Of a stretch of 64,000 bases of DNA, positions 46,753 through 56,160 are shown piece by piece. Each line of letters opens with the position of its first letter. The first letter of the stretch is position 1. This DNA is from Fibrobacteria bacterium (GTDB taxonomy: Bacteria > Fibrobacterota > Fibrobacteria > UBA11236 > JADFYW01), in NCBI GenBank assembly GCA_050294405.1, contig JBNKOC010000027.1, positions 1-64,000 on the forward strand, written 5' to 3'. The translations under genes were made by a program, and so were the position numbers. The notes beneath the pieces were generated by a model. It searched no databases. It was given only the letters and a program-made list of their open reading frames with translations, and was not told the origin of the DNA.

Positions 46753-47613
46753 TTAGGAGGAACTAATATCCATTCCGAATTTTTGACCCATCGCCACTTT
46801 TCTCTCCGGGCCAGGATTAAAATTCAAAGACCCCAAAAGCTTGGAGTCGCCAATGAGAACAACCGTGGAACCCATTTCAAAGCAGCCAACACCTTCGCCC
46901 TTTTCTACCGGAATGGGGCTGTGGGGAGACCAGCTGGAATCGGAAATCTGACCGGGAACATTGCCCAAAATTTCCGGGGTGAAATCAAGGCTGATGCGGC
47001 CAACATTGGTGGCTCCCACCATAACCAATAGCAGTGTTCCCATAGGAGATGTTATCTCCACGGCAATGCGCTCGTTGCGCCAGAAAAGGCCATCAATATT
47101 TTCCACGCTCCAACTGTTTACGGGCCAAAGTTCTCCAGGATAGTGGACCACTTTGGAAATTTTCCCATTTAGCGGACTATGTATGCGGTGATAATTATAG
47201 GGAGCCAGATATATCACTGAATAAAAACCGCCTTCAAAGTCCTCAGACTTAAAATAGTTTTTTAGAAATTTTTGAAAGCTGTAATTTCTGTCTTTTACCT
47301 GCGGAATAAGCAACTCATCACTTTCAAAAATACCCTCCCGTGTGACAACCCCATCTACCGGGTTGATAAACTCAGCCTCATGTATAGGTCTTGCTCCTGG
47401 TTTTAATTTGCGAATAAAAAAGTCTCCTAAAGTAGGATACTCGTCCAGGCTTTTTTCCGCTTCTTCGACATTGACTTTATAATGTTTCACAAACCAGTTT
47501 TTAATAAGGGTGTGGAGGCCGAAGGGATATTTTTTGCGTACACAAACCCCTACCCAATAGCTCAGCCATTTTTTAGGGACAATTTGGATAAGATTCATTA
47601 ATGACATGGGCAA
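46753..47613 (-). CDS. psd: Phosphatidylserine decarboxylase proenzyme
   Basis: FFIRKLKPGARPI, YLAPYNYHRIHSP, NER, VGATNVG, FEMGSTVVL cleavage motif. Confidence 0.93.
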   Translation of the reverse strand: MPMSLMNLIQIVPKKWLSYWVGVCVRKKYPFGLHTLIKNWFVKHYKVNVEEAEKSLDEYPTLGDFFIRKLKPGARPIHEAEFINPVDGVVTREGIFESDELLIPQVKDRNYSFQKFLKNYFKSEDFEGGFYSVIYLAPYNYHRIHSPLNGKISKVVHYPGELWPVNSWSVENIDGLFWRNERIAVEITSPMGTLLLVMVGATNVGRISLDFTPEILGNVPGQISDSSWSPHSPIPVEKGEGVGCFEMGSTVVLIGDSKLLGSLNFNPGPERKVAMGQKFGMDISSS

Positions 47614-47757
47614 AAAGATAATTTAAAGACGCCCCATTGCCCCGGAACTTGTTCTGTAAATTGCCTGGAAGATTTGGTCGGGGAAAACCGTGAGGGGTTG
47701 CCGAATAAGCCCAGGCAATTTACCTTGATATAAATGCTCCCTGATTTTTAAAGGATT

Positions 47758-49002
47758 ATGCCCATGACCAAAGCTAAAATAAACATAACAAGAATTGAAA
47801 ATGATTTATTGCGAATTTCCCAGTTTGGGGGAAAAGGCCCGAAAAAAGGAGTTACCAGACAGGGCTTTTCCAAAGCGGATATGGAAGCCAGATATTGGCT
47901 TAAAAAATACTTTAGGCAATTGGGCCTCGATTCCAGCATGGATGGGGCGGCTAATGTTATTGGAAGGTATGGCCCCAAAGAAGGTCCCGCCCTTTGCATC
48001 GGTTCCCATTTAGATTCTGTTCCCAATGGGGGAATGTTCGACGGGGTTTTGGGAGTAATCGCCGGTCTTGAATGCGTGAGAGTCATTGAAGAAAATAAAA
48101 TTCCACTTAAAAATCCAATCGAAATTATTGCCACCAGCGAAGAAGAAGGGCGTTTTGGAGGGATGTTAGGAGCCCAGTCCTTAACCGGGGCCATTACCCT
48201 GGATTGGCTCCAAGGCGCGCAAGACCCAAATGGGCAATTGCTAAAAGATGCCATGGCCATGCACGGTATGGATTATCTGGATGTTATGCATTGTAAAAGA
48301 AACCCCAAAGATATTTTGGGGTTTTTGGAATTACACATTGAACAAGGCCCTGTGCTTGAAGCGGAACAACTCAACATCGGCATTGTAGAAGGCATATCGG
48401 GAATTTTCAAATGGCAAGTGAGGCTTATAGGAAAAGCCGATCACGCCGGTACCGCGCCCATGAATATGCGCTCAGACGCCTTTATGGGAGTGGCAGACTT
48501 TGCCCATGAAATTTCCAGGATACTGGACGAAGATGGCAGTGACAAAAGCCGCCTAACCATAGGCCGGGTGGAATTAAAACCAGGTTTTCCTCACACAATT
48601 CCCGGTGAGGCCGAATTTACCCTTGTGGGCCGAGACATGAGCGAAGATATTATGCATAACATCGCCAATTCCTGCCGAAAGGTCTTGTCTGCCATTGCCC
48701 GAAAACACCGCCTTATGTTTGAATACCGCCAGCTTAGCTGGCTGGAGCCTAAGTTTTGCAACAAAGAATTGGTGAATAAAATTCAAAGTATCACCAACAA
48801 TCTGGGCTATTCTAACAGGGTTATGCCAAGTGGCGCCGGACACGATGCCCAATTTTTCACTGATATTACCCCCACAGCTATAATTTTTGTGCCCAGCCAA
48901 AATGGCGTGAGCCATGCCCCCGACGAATGGACCCACTGGAACGATGTGGAAAGGGGTGCTAATGTGCTTCTGGAAACCGTTTTGGATATGGCCGGAGCCT
49001 AA
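47758..49002 (+). CDS. M20 Zn-dependent amidohydrolase (allantoate amidohydrolase / N-carbamoyl-L-amino acid hydrolase family)
   Basis: GSHLDSVPNGG.FDG, EEEG, ELHIEQGP, SGAGHDA, SHAPDE. Confidence 0.9.
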   Translation: MPMTKAKINITRIENDLLRISQFGGKGPKKGVTRQGFSKADMEARYWLKKYFRQLGLDSSMDGAANVIGRYGPKEGPALCIGSHLDSVPNGGMFDGVLGVIAGLECVRVIEENKIPLKNPIEIIATSEEEGRFGGMLGAQSLTGAITLDWLQGAQDPNGQLLKDAMAMHGMDYLDVMHCKRNPKDILGFLELHIEQGPVLEAEQLNIGIVEGISGIFKWQVRLIGKADHAGTAPMNMRSDAFMGVADFAHEISRILDEDGSDKSRLTIGRVELKPGFPHTIPGEAEFTLVGRDMSEDIMHNIANSCRKVLSAIARKHRLMFEYRQLSWLEPKFCNKELVNKIQSITNNLGYSNRVMPSGAGHDAQFFTDITPTAIIFVPSQNGVSHAPDEWTHWNDVERGANVLLETVLDMAGA

Positions 49003-49095
49003 GAATGGCAGCATTTTCCCATTATTGAGATGCGCAATAGGGGCAAATTGCTAAATTAGGCTAGGGGGAAGATAAAAACCAGACCCGCAATTAAT

Positions 49096-49644
49096 ATGAG
49101 CAGACTAAAAATATTTGAAGACCAAAACCCAGGGCTAGCTGCCTTGGACACAACAGACCACAAGGAAATTCAAAACCAATTAAACACAATTGCTGTGCGA
49201 TTTCAAAAATGGCCTGTGGAAAAAAATCTGGAGCCCGGCACTTCCGATGAAGAATGCATGGCGGCTTATGCGGATAAAATCGAAAGTATGAAAGCCCAGG
49301 AAGGTTTTAAAGCTGCCGATGTGGTGAGCATGGACCCTTCCCATCCCGACAAAGCCGCACTTAGACGCAAATTTTTTCAGGAACATATACATGCAGATAA
49401 CGAAGTGCGTTTTTTTGTTTCAGGAAGCGCCCTTTTTGGTTTGCATGTTAACGGGCGGGTGTATGAGATCACCTGCGTTGCGGGAGATTTAATGAGCATC
49501 CCTAAGGGCACCACCCATTGGTTTGATATGGGACCTGAACCTAATTTTGTATGTTTTCGTTTTTTCGACAACCCCGAAGGCTGGGTGGCCCAGTACACTG
49601 GTTCTGAGATTGCAAAAGAATTCAGCGAGTTCGTTCCGGCATAA
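49096..49644 (+). CDS. mtnD: Acireductone dioxygenase
   Basis: EHIHADNEVRFFVSG, HWFDMG, GWVAQYTG. Confidence 0.9.
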   Translation: MSRLKIFEDQNPGLAALDTTDHKEIQNQLNTIAVRFQKWPVEKNLEPGTSDEECMAAYADKIESMKAQEGFKAADVVSMDPSHPDKAALRRKFFQEHIHADNEVRFFVSGSALFGLHVNGRVYEITCVAGDLMSIPKGTTHWFDMGPEPNFVCFRFFDNPEGWVAQYTGSEIAKEFSEFVPA

Positions 49645-49671
49645 TGTGAAGGGCAAAAAGGGGGGTATAAC

Positions 49672-50805
49672 ATGGTTTTCATCCGTACCGGGATATTAAG
49701 TTTTGTTGCGTTTATTTTGAGTGCAAACTCCGGTTGGGAGCCTGTAGGTTGGGTCACCGAAAATGGCGGCATCACCGGCGGGCAGGGAGGCCAGGAAGTT
49801 ATTGTGACCAATGCCGGCCAATTACAGGACGCTGTCGGGGCTTCCGAACCCATGATTGTAAAAGTTAAAGGGGCTATTCAAGCGGATATTTCCATCAACT
49901 CCAATAAAACCCTAGAAGGATTGGAGCCAGGTGCCGAAATAAATGGGTATGTATCTATTAAGCGCAAAAGCAATGTGATTGTTCGTAACTTAATTATCAA
50001 GCAAACCAGTCCTAATTCTTCCTCCACCGATGTTATTGAAGTTTCCACTTCCACCAATGTATGGATAGATCATTGCGATATCAGCGATACCCGCACAGAT
50101 ACGGATGGTCTTTTGGACATTGTTCGAGGATCGGATTTTGTAACGGTGAGTTGGTGCAAATTTTCCTACCCCAATACCAACTCTGGGCATCGATTGTGCA
50201 TGCTTATCGGCAACACCGATGATAATAGCAACAACGACAGCACCCATTTAGCAGTCACTTTGCATCACAATTGGTGGGAAAACAATATTCAGGAAAGAAT
50301 GCCCAGGACCCGCTATGGAAAAATTCATTCTTTTAACAATTATTTTTCTACCCGCAATAACAATTACTGTCTGGGAGCCGGACGCCACGCGCAATTGGTG
50401 GTTGAAAGCAACTATTTTGAAAATGTGAAGGACCCCCATATATTTTATAACGGAGAGGCTACTGCGCAAATTCGCATAAATAATGACAACCAATATGTGA
50501 ATGTTAGCGGCGCACGGGAACAAGGCCATGGAAATTCTTTTAGCATTCCCTATGAATACGAATTGGATGCTGGCGCAGATGTAAAGTCAATTGTTATGGA
50601 TGGCGTAGGTCCCTTCAATGGGCCTCAACCTCCTGAAGACACTGCTACTGCCATAAAGCACTACCGCAGACAGCAAATGAAAAATTTAAATGTCCCACAG
50701 GAATCAAATAGTTATAACATTTCCGGAAAAAAAACAAAGGGATTAAAACCTTTTCAACCTTATGTTAGTGACGACTCTAAAAAGCTTAAAATATCAGATA
50801 ATTAA
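49672..50805 (+). CDS. Pectate lyase (PL1) with short basic tail
   Basis: TGGQGG, SNKT, VWIDH, DGLLD, RMPRTRYG; tail YNISGKK. Confidence 0.92.
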   Translation: MVFIRTGILSFVAFILSANSGWEPVGWVTENGGITGGQGGQEVIVTNAGQLQDAVGASEPMIVKVKGAIQADISINSNKTLEGLEPGAEINGYVSIKRKSNVIVRNLIIKQTSPNSSSTDVIEVSTSTNVWIDHCDISDTRTDTDGLLDIVRGSDFVTVSWCKFSYPNTNSGHRLCMLIGNTDDNSNNDSTHLAVTLHHNWWENNIQERMPRTRYGKIHSFNNYFSTRNNNYCLGAGRHAQLVVESNYFENVKDPHIFYNGEATAQIRINNDNQYVNVSGAREQGHGNSFSIPYEYELDAGADVKSIVMDGVGPFNGPQPPEDTATAIKHYRRQQMKNLNVPQESNSYNISGKKTKGLKPFQPYVSDDSKKLKISDN

Positions 50806-50820
50806 TTTTAAAACTGGACA

Positions 50821-50857
50821 AAAAAAGGGAGCAATTTCAACTGGTAAAATTGCTCCC
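50821..50857. terminator. Terminator between convergent genes
   Basis: gggagcaattt / aaattgctccc with an adjacent A-tract. Confidence 0.7.
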
Positions 50858-50876
50858 CGAGGGGGATCTGAAAAAA

Positions 50877-52340
50877 TCAGGGGATGTTTTCCGAACGGAT
50901 TTCCCAATTATTGTCACTGCAATAGCTACAGCTAGAACCAATTAAAGCGCCTTTTCCGGTTTCACTTTCGTCTCCTTTGAGCCACCAGTTCAGCCAAACC
51001 AGATTAATTTTTGCAAAATCCCCACCATTGCGTTCCCATAAGTCACCGCCGTGGCCCTGGTTCTTGTTGCTAATAAAATACACAGGATGGCCCAAAGCCC
51101 GAATTCCATCGTAATCCCGGAGACCATTGTCATAAGCGCCAGTATTGTCCTGGTGCCCCTCCAATATCAGCACAGGAGTATGCACAGCATTCCACAATGT
51201 AGGATTGTTATTAAATGAACCGCTGCTGGTTAAACCCCAGGTGGTAATGCGGGGATCTTTGGCAGTGCCCATGGCCAATAATCCGCCACAGGAAAATCCA
51301 TTAGATGCTGTTTTAGTAACATCCAAACTATTGTAGTATTCACTACAAGGTTTGGAGTTTTCAGCAATGGCCCAATCTAAATAAGCTATCATGGGTCTTC
51401 CCATTTCGTCTAAGTCATTGGCGTTCATGGGTCTCCCTGAGCCTGAATTATTGGGGGTTCCATCAGCAATTACAAAGTAACCGTGAGAGGCTATTTCAGC
51501 CATAGCCGCCGAATTGGATAATCCATCTAAAGAACATCCTCCCTCACCCCACATGAAAATAGGGTAATTTTTTCCAGGACCCATATCCGCCGGCCTAAAT
51601 ATTGTGCCTTCGTCAATGTCATCATCTGAATTAGTCTCCACCACCACATCATGAGGCCCGCTTCCAGATACATTAGTATTAACTCTTTGAGATTCTGTAC
51701 AACTTCCTGTAAATTCAGCCTCCAAGTTAAAATCATGAGTTCCCTCGTAAGAATCAATGGTTACGGACTTGGAAGCGTAACCAAGAGCTGTTGCTTCCAG
51801 TTCATCAGCTGCAGCCTGCTTACCCAAGCCAGCTATTTTTTCTGAATTCGCAAGGGAGGAGTTTCCGTTGTAAAACCGATTGAGCACGGGATTGTAACTT
51901 AACTGAATATTACTTTCCCCAATTTGCAAATGCATTAACATCATGTTAGAAGCAATTTTCAAATCCTGAATATTAAATTGCAGTCTGCCACTTTGGGATT
52001 TTTCCCTTTTAAAACTTTTAAGCAAATTGCCCCGGTAATCATATATATCCAATTCTAATTCCTGGGACTCAGCCAGGAACATGCTCAAAAGGCCATTCCG
52101 GATTTCCAGCTTGTGAACCCCAGACAGAGCAAGCCCTTTTATGGATGTTAACTGCCCAGTAATATTGTATATGTCGGAAGCATCTGTTGTATCTGCCAAT
52201 TGGTTTGACTTTAAAGTAACAATAGCCCCGCCAATAGCATTGCCCTGAGAATCGGAAATTTTTCCACTAAGGGCAATGTTCTGAGCGAAAAGGCCGCAAC
52301 CCGCTAAAACGCATGACGCGAAAACACAGTGACGCAACAT
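50877..52340 (-). CDS. Secreted alpha/beta hydrolase (cutinase/chlorophyllase-like) behind a carboxypeptidase-regulatory-like domain with CTD-like insert
   Basis: GGGAGG SD; WGEGGC, IASHGYFVIA, GFSCGG nucleophile, GHGG. Confidence 0.78.
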   Translation of the reverse strand: MLRHCVFASCVLAGCGLFAQNIALSGKISDSQGNAIGGAIVTLKSNQLADTTDASDIYNITGQLTSIKGLALSGVHKLEIRNGLLSMFLAESQELELDIYDYRGNLLKSFKREKSQSGRLQFNIQDLKIASNMMLMHLQIGESNIQLSYNPVLNRFYNGNSSLANSEKIAGLGKQAAADELEATALGYASKSVTIDSYEGTHDFNLEAEFTGSCTESQRVNTNVSGSGPHDVVVETNSDDDIDEGTIFRPADMGPGKNYPIFMWGEGGCSLDGLSNSAAMAEIASHGYFVIADGTPNNSGSGRPMNANDLDEMGRPMIAYLDWAIAENSKPCSEYYNSLDVTKTASNGFSCGGLLAMGTAKDPRITTWGLTSSGSFNNNPTLWNAVHTPVLILEGHQDNTGAYDNGLRDYDGIRALGHPVYFISNKNQGHGGDLWERNGGDFAKINLVWLNWWLKGDESETGKGALIGSSCSYCSDNNWEIRSENIP

Positions 52341-52784
52341 ATACGTTTCCTCCCATATATTTAATTTTAATTGTCCTACCCTAAATCCGCACTACCATTC
52401 CACCCCAGTGGCAGGCGGATACTAATCTCAGTGCCCAATATCATGAGATTGTCCTGTATCTAAGTACATAAAATAAAATCATTTAACCTAAGAAGAACTA
52501 AATAGGCCAAGAATAGAATTTTTTATACAATTTATTGCGTATTTTATACATAATTTTCAAGTTTGAATTAAATTTTGCGGTTTCAACAATATTTTTTGAG
52601 CTATGCTGTTCATGTAAAATATTCAATTAAATATTTATTCAAAAACTGGAAGAGACCAAGTTCCACAAGAAGTCTAAGGCAGACAAATGGTTTATTTTCA
52701 ATATTGGCACGGGACTTAGTAGATATTTTTGTCTAGATTAGAAGAACCTGTCCGAGTCAAATTTAAGCAGAAAGAGAGTCTGTT

Positions 52785-53984
52785 TTGTTCACTCAATTTT
52801 TCCTTCTGATTACATCACTTTCGACAATTTTTTGCTCCTCAGCCATAGCGCAAAACAATGGTTCCCGCATTGTGGAATTTGGCACAACACTCCAACCACT
52901 AGAACAAAGAGAGGCTTCCCGGCAACTGGCCCAATCTATTGCGGATTCCAACCCCCAAAATTGGCGAGCCAAGGGAGATCAAAAAAGGCAATACTTTTTT
53001 AAAGAAGCCAATACAACGGTTCCCTATAGACTCTATGTTCCCAGCAGTTGGAATGGTGACAGCGCCTTACCCTTGGTAATGTTTTTACATGGGGCTGGCG
53101 CCAATGAAAACACATATGTGGATCAAAACAACAAACAAATGATAACATTAGCCGAGGAACACGGTTTTTTACTGCTATCTCCCCTTGGCCAAGGCGGTGC
53201 ATACGGAACCATAATCAGATTGCCCGCAGTATTTGGGGAGCAGGAAGAAGCCGATAAAATGATTGCTGCCCGCACCCCGGAGATTGAACAAACTGCTCAA
53301 ATAAGCGAAAAAGATGTTATTAATGTGCTGGAAATTATTTTAAATGAATATCCCATAAATCCCAACGGCATGTTTTTGACCGGACATTCCATGGGCAGCG
53401 GTGGAACTTGGTATCTGGGCGGAAAATACCATTTTTATTGGAAAGCTATCGCACCCATGTCCGGGCCCTTTGTGCAGCAAGAAGGTTATCCCTGGGAAAA
53501 TTTAAACAACATGCCTCTATTCATTACAGAGGGCACCATTGGCACGCCTTCTTTAACAGGAAGCCGCGAGCTTTTTGATTGGCTTAAGAACAAAAATTAC
53601 AATGTTCAATACAAAGAAGTGGAGGCCGATCATGGTGGCATGGTGCCTTTAGTTCTTCCTGATGTATTTAGATTTTTCAGTGAAAATCTGGAGCCAGCTT
53701 CTGTTGACATACAAAGCCATATTACTGACTCCCACTTCAAAAAAATTCAAATTGCAAAACGGCCTCAAGGTTGGGAAATAAGTTTTGCAAATCATCCCAA
53801 AATTTCAGATTTGTTTAGCCTGCAAATTTTTGATTTACGAGGAACAAAAAAATTCTCAATAGACCGGTTATCGTCCGGGTCCTCTTTCTTTTTGCCCCGT
53901 TTTCACCTTCCTGCAGGAAAATATCAACTGAGGCTAAAATCCGATAGCCGGCAAATAAATTTTAATTTGGAACTCGTGCCCTAG
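52785..53984 (+). CDS. Secreted alpha/beta hydrolase (esterase/PHB depolymerase-like) with CTD
   Basis: PYRLYVP, LVMFLHGAG, GHSMGSGG; tail QIFDLRGTK..AGKYQLRL. Confidence 0.8.
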   Translation: MFTQFFLLITSLSTIFCSSAIAQNNGSRIVEFGTTLQPLEQREASRQLAQSIADSNPQNWRAKGDQKRQYFFKEANTTVPYRLYVPSSWNGDSALPLVMFLHGAGANENTYVDQNNKQMITLAEEHGFLLLSPLGQGGAYGTIIRLPAVFGEQEEADKMIAARTPEIEQTAQISEKDVINVLEIILNEYPINPNGMFLTGHSMGSGGTWYLGGKYHFYWKAIAPMSGPFVQQEGYPWENLNNMPLFITEGTIGTPSLTGSRELFDWLKNKNYNVQYKEVEADHGGMVPLVLPDVFRFFSENLEPASVDIQSHITDSHFKKIQIAKRPQGWEISFANHPKISDLFSLQIFDLRGTKKFSIDRLSSGSSFFLPRFHLPAGKYQLRLKSDSRQINFNLELVP

Positions 53985-54223
53985 TTTTGTTGATTTGCGC
54001 GCCACCTCCCTGAACTTAAATACAGAGAAGTTCAGAAAAATGGAAAGGCCCAGCGGATTTAACCAAAAAATATGCAGATTTTGTTAAAAAGCTAAAAATT
54101 CTTCAAATTTAGGCAGTTTTATTAAGATATGCGCCCAAATTAGCCTATAATAACCCCAATTTTTACAACCTTTTATAGAAAATTTGTTTATTAATATAGT
54201 AGACATATAGATTTGGGGGGATA

Positions 54224-56059
54224 GTGTCCAAGTTAAAAGCAATTTTAGCAGCAGGAGCTGCATTTTTAGGTATGGCATCAAGCGGGGCGATGGCTCAATA
54301 TCCTATCGGATATGAGGGTTGCGGGCCTTTGCAAAGTTCAGATTTTGAAGCTAACGTCCTTTTGTCCCACACAACCAAAAGTGAAGGTGCTGTAAAACAC
54401 GAGAGTTTACATAACCTTATTCGTTTCGATTTGCTAAAAAATGGCGATGACTACGACATTTTTTATGGGGGCTTTGAAGGGGTGCTTTATCGATACAATG
54501 CCCAAAGCAAAGAAATCACAACTATTAAAAATTTCAACACCATTCAAGGTAGCGTGGGGGCTCAATATAACCAGGGCGACCACGGACTAACCGGTATTGC
54601 CTTTCACCCTAATTTTGAAGAAAACAGATGGTTATTTGTTTTTTACACGCCTAAAGTGAGCGGCAATCAAAACCGGGTCATGCGCCTTTCCCGCTTTGAA
54701 ATGAGCGAAAGCTACGAACTGCAAAACGAGAAAGTTTTACTTTCCATGGAAGCCACCACCACTGACCAATGGCACAGCGGCGGGGATATGTATTTTACCG
54801 CCCAGGGCGATTTGTTTTTGCAAGTGGGCGATAACGTCGCTGATGATACCAGAAACGATTCAAGAGTATCTAATGCTGCCTGGTCCTCAGCCAACACAGC
54901 CAACCTTTTAGGAGGCGTGGTGCGTATCCATCCCGATAGCTCTGATGTGGGCTACGCCATTCCCAAAAATAATTTTGGAGAATATTTTGCACCCATTGAA
55001 AACAACCCTGACTACATGGATACCGCCCATGTAAAACCCGAGATTTTTGCCAAGGGCCAACGCAGCAATTTTACTGCAACAGGCCACCCCACGGAGCTCA
55101 TTCATATTTGGGGCGAAGTGTGTACGGATAACAGATGGGACGAAATTAACGTGGTGAACACTCCCGTATTCAGTGGCTGGCCCTTTTATCAGGGAAACGA
55201 AAGCTTGAAAAGGACTGGTGGAAGCAACAACCGTTATTCCCATAATATCAATGACAATCCCGTGATTACCGATGTGGTGGGAGCCAATTTAATGGACCCA
55301 AATTCTCTTTTAAAATTACCTAAAGTTTATCAGGCAGATTTGGTTATGGATACCGAATTTAATGTTGTGATGGCACAAGCTTTGTATTTCTATGGAAAGG
55401 GAGATGCCATTGTCCCAGGAAGAACCTTTCCTCCTAACTTCCATGAAACATTTATGTTTAGTAAGAGAGATGGGTTTAATGCAAGAATAGTTCCTATTAT
55501 CAAGAACGGCGACAATGTGACAGCGGAATTAAAAGACGAGTCTTATGAAATTACCAGCCTTTTAGCCCAGGACAGATTCGCCATTTTTAACACCATGACC
55601 GAGGCCAAATACGGCCCTGATGGAGCTTTATACATAATGGCCAGAGGTGGGGAATATAATTCTCCTAAAGGTATGATTACCCGAATTGATTATAAGGGCG
55701 ATTGCCAGGATCCTGATTTTTTCGCTGCCAATCATGCCGAAATTCAAGCTGCTAAAAGCAGCTCCGGCAATTTGGAAAGATACCGAGAAGATTTTTATGA
55801 TCCCATGTTATACACTGTGGGTATCAAAGACAGCAAATTTTATTTAAACCTAAATGCCGGAGATAAAATCAGTTTTGATGTGGTAAACATCCAGGGACAA
55901 AAACTGGGTACCTTCTCCACTCAAGTAAATGGCAAAAACAAACTCCCTCTATGGGACGGTATGCTAGCCTCTGGAAAAAAAGCCAAAAGCGGAATTTATA
56001 TTTTGAGATATAAAAACCTTTCCAACGGCGATGTATTCTCCAGGACACAGGCTCTGTAA
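54224..56059 (+). CDS. PQQ-dependent glucose/sorbosone dehydrogenase family with CTD
   Basis: GLTGIAFHPNF, HSGGDMYF, YGPDGALYI; tail VNIQGQKL..WDG..SGIYILR. Confidence 0.82.
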   Translation: MSKLKAILAAGAAFLGMASSGAMAQYPIGYEGCGPLQSSDFEANVLLSHTTKSEGAVKHESLHNLIRFDLLKNGDDYDIFYGGFEGVLYRYNAQSKEITTIKNFNTIQGSVGAQYNQGDHGLTGIAFHPNFEENRWLFVFYTPKVSGNQNRVMRLSRFEMSESYELQNEKVLLSMEATTTDQWHSGGDMYFTAQGDLFLQVGDNVADDTRNDSRVSNAAWSSANTANLLGGVVRIHPDSSDVGYAIPKNNFGEYFAPIENNPDYMDTAHVKPEIFAKGQRSNFTATGHPTELIHIWGEVCTDNRWDEINVVNTPVFSGWPFYQGNESLKRTGGSNNRYSHNINDNPVITDVVGANLMDPNSLLKLPKVYQADLVMDTEFNVVMAQALYFYGKGDAIVPGRTFPPNFHETFMFSKRDGFNARIVPIIKNGDNVTAELKDESYEITSLLAQDRFAIFNTMTEAKYGPDGALYIMARGGEYNSPKGMITRIDYKGDCQDPDFFAANHAEIQAAKSSSGNLERYREDFYDPMLYTVGIKDSKFYLNLNAGDKISFDVVNIQGQKLGTFSTQVNGKNKLPLWDGMLASGKKAKSGIYILRYKNLSNGDVFSRTQAL

Positions 56060-56073
56060 ACCAAAAGGTTTAG

Positions 56074-56112
56074 AATAAAAAAAGGCTCTCTAAAAGAGAG
56101 CCTTTTTTTATT
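56074..56112. terminator. Bidirectional terminator
   Basis: aataaaaaaaggctctc / gagagcctttttttatt. Confidence 0.85.
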
Positions 56113-56160
56113 GGGTGAAAAAATTCATCGTGGTTAAGGGAGTCCAAAAGCCCCGAGGGA

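Noticed and set aside
47656..47723. Guanidine riboswitch upstream of the amidohydrolase
   Set aside because: AATAAGCCCAGG is only vaguely ykkC-like; the conserved core and the ACGR twin loops are missing. Kept only as an unassigned hairpin.
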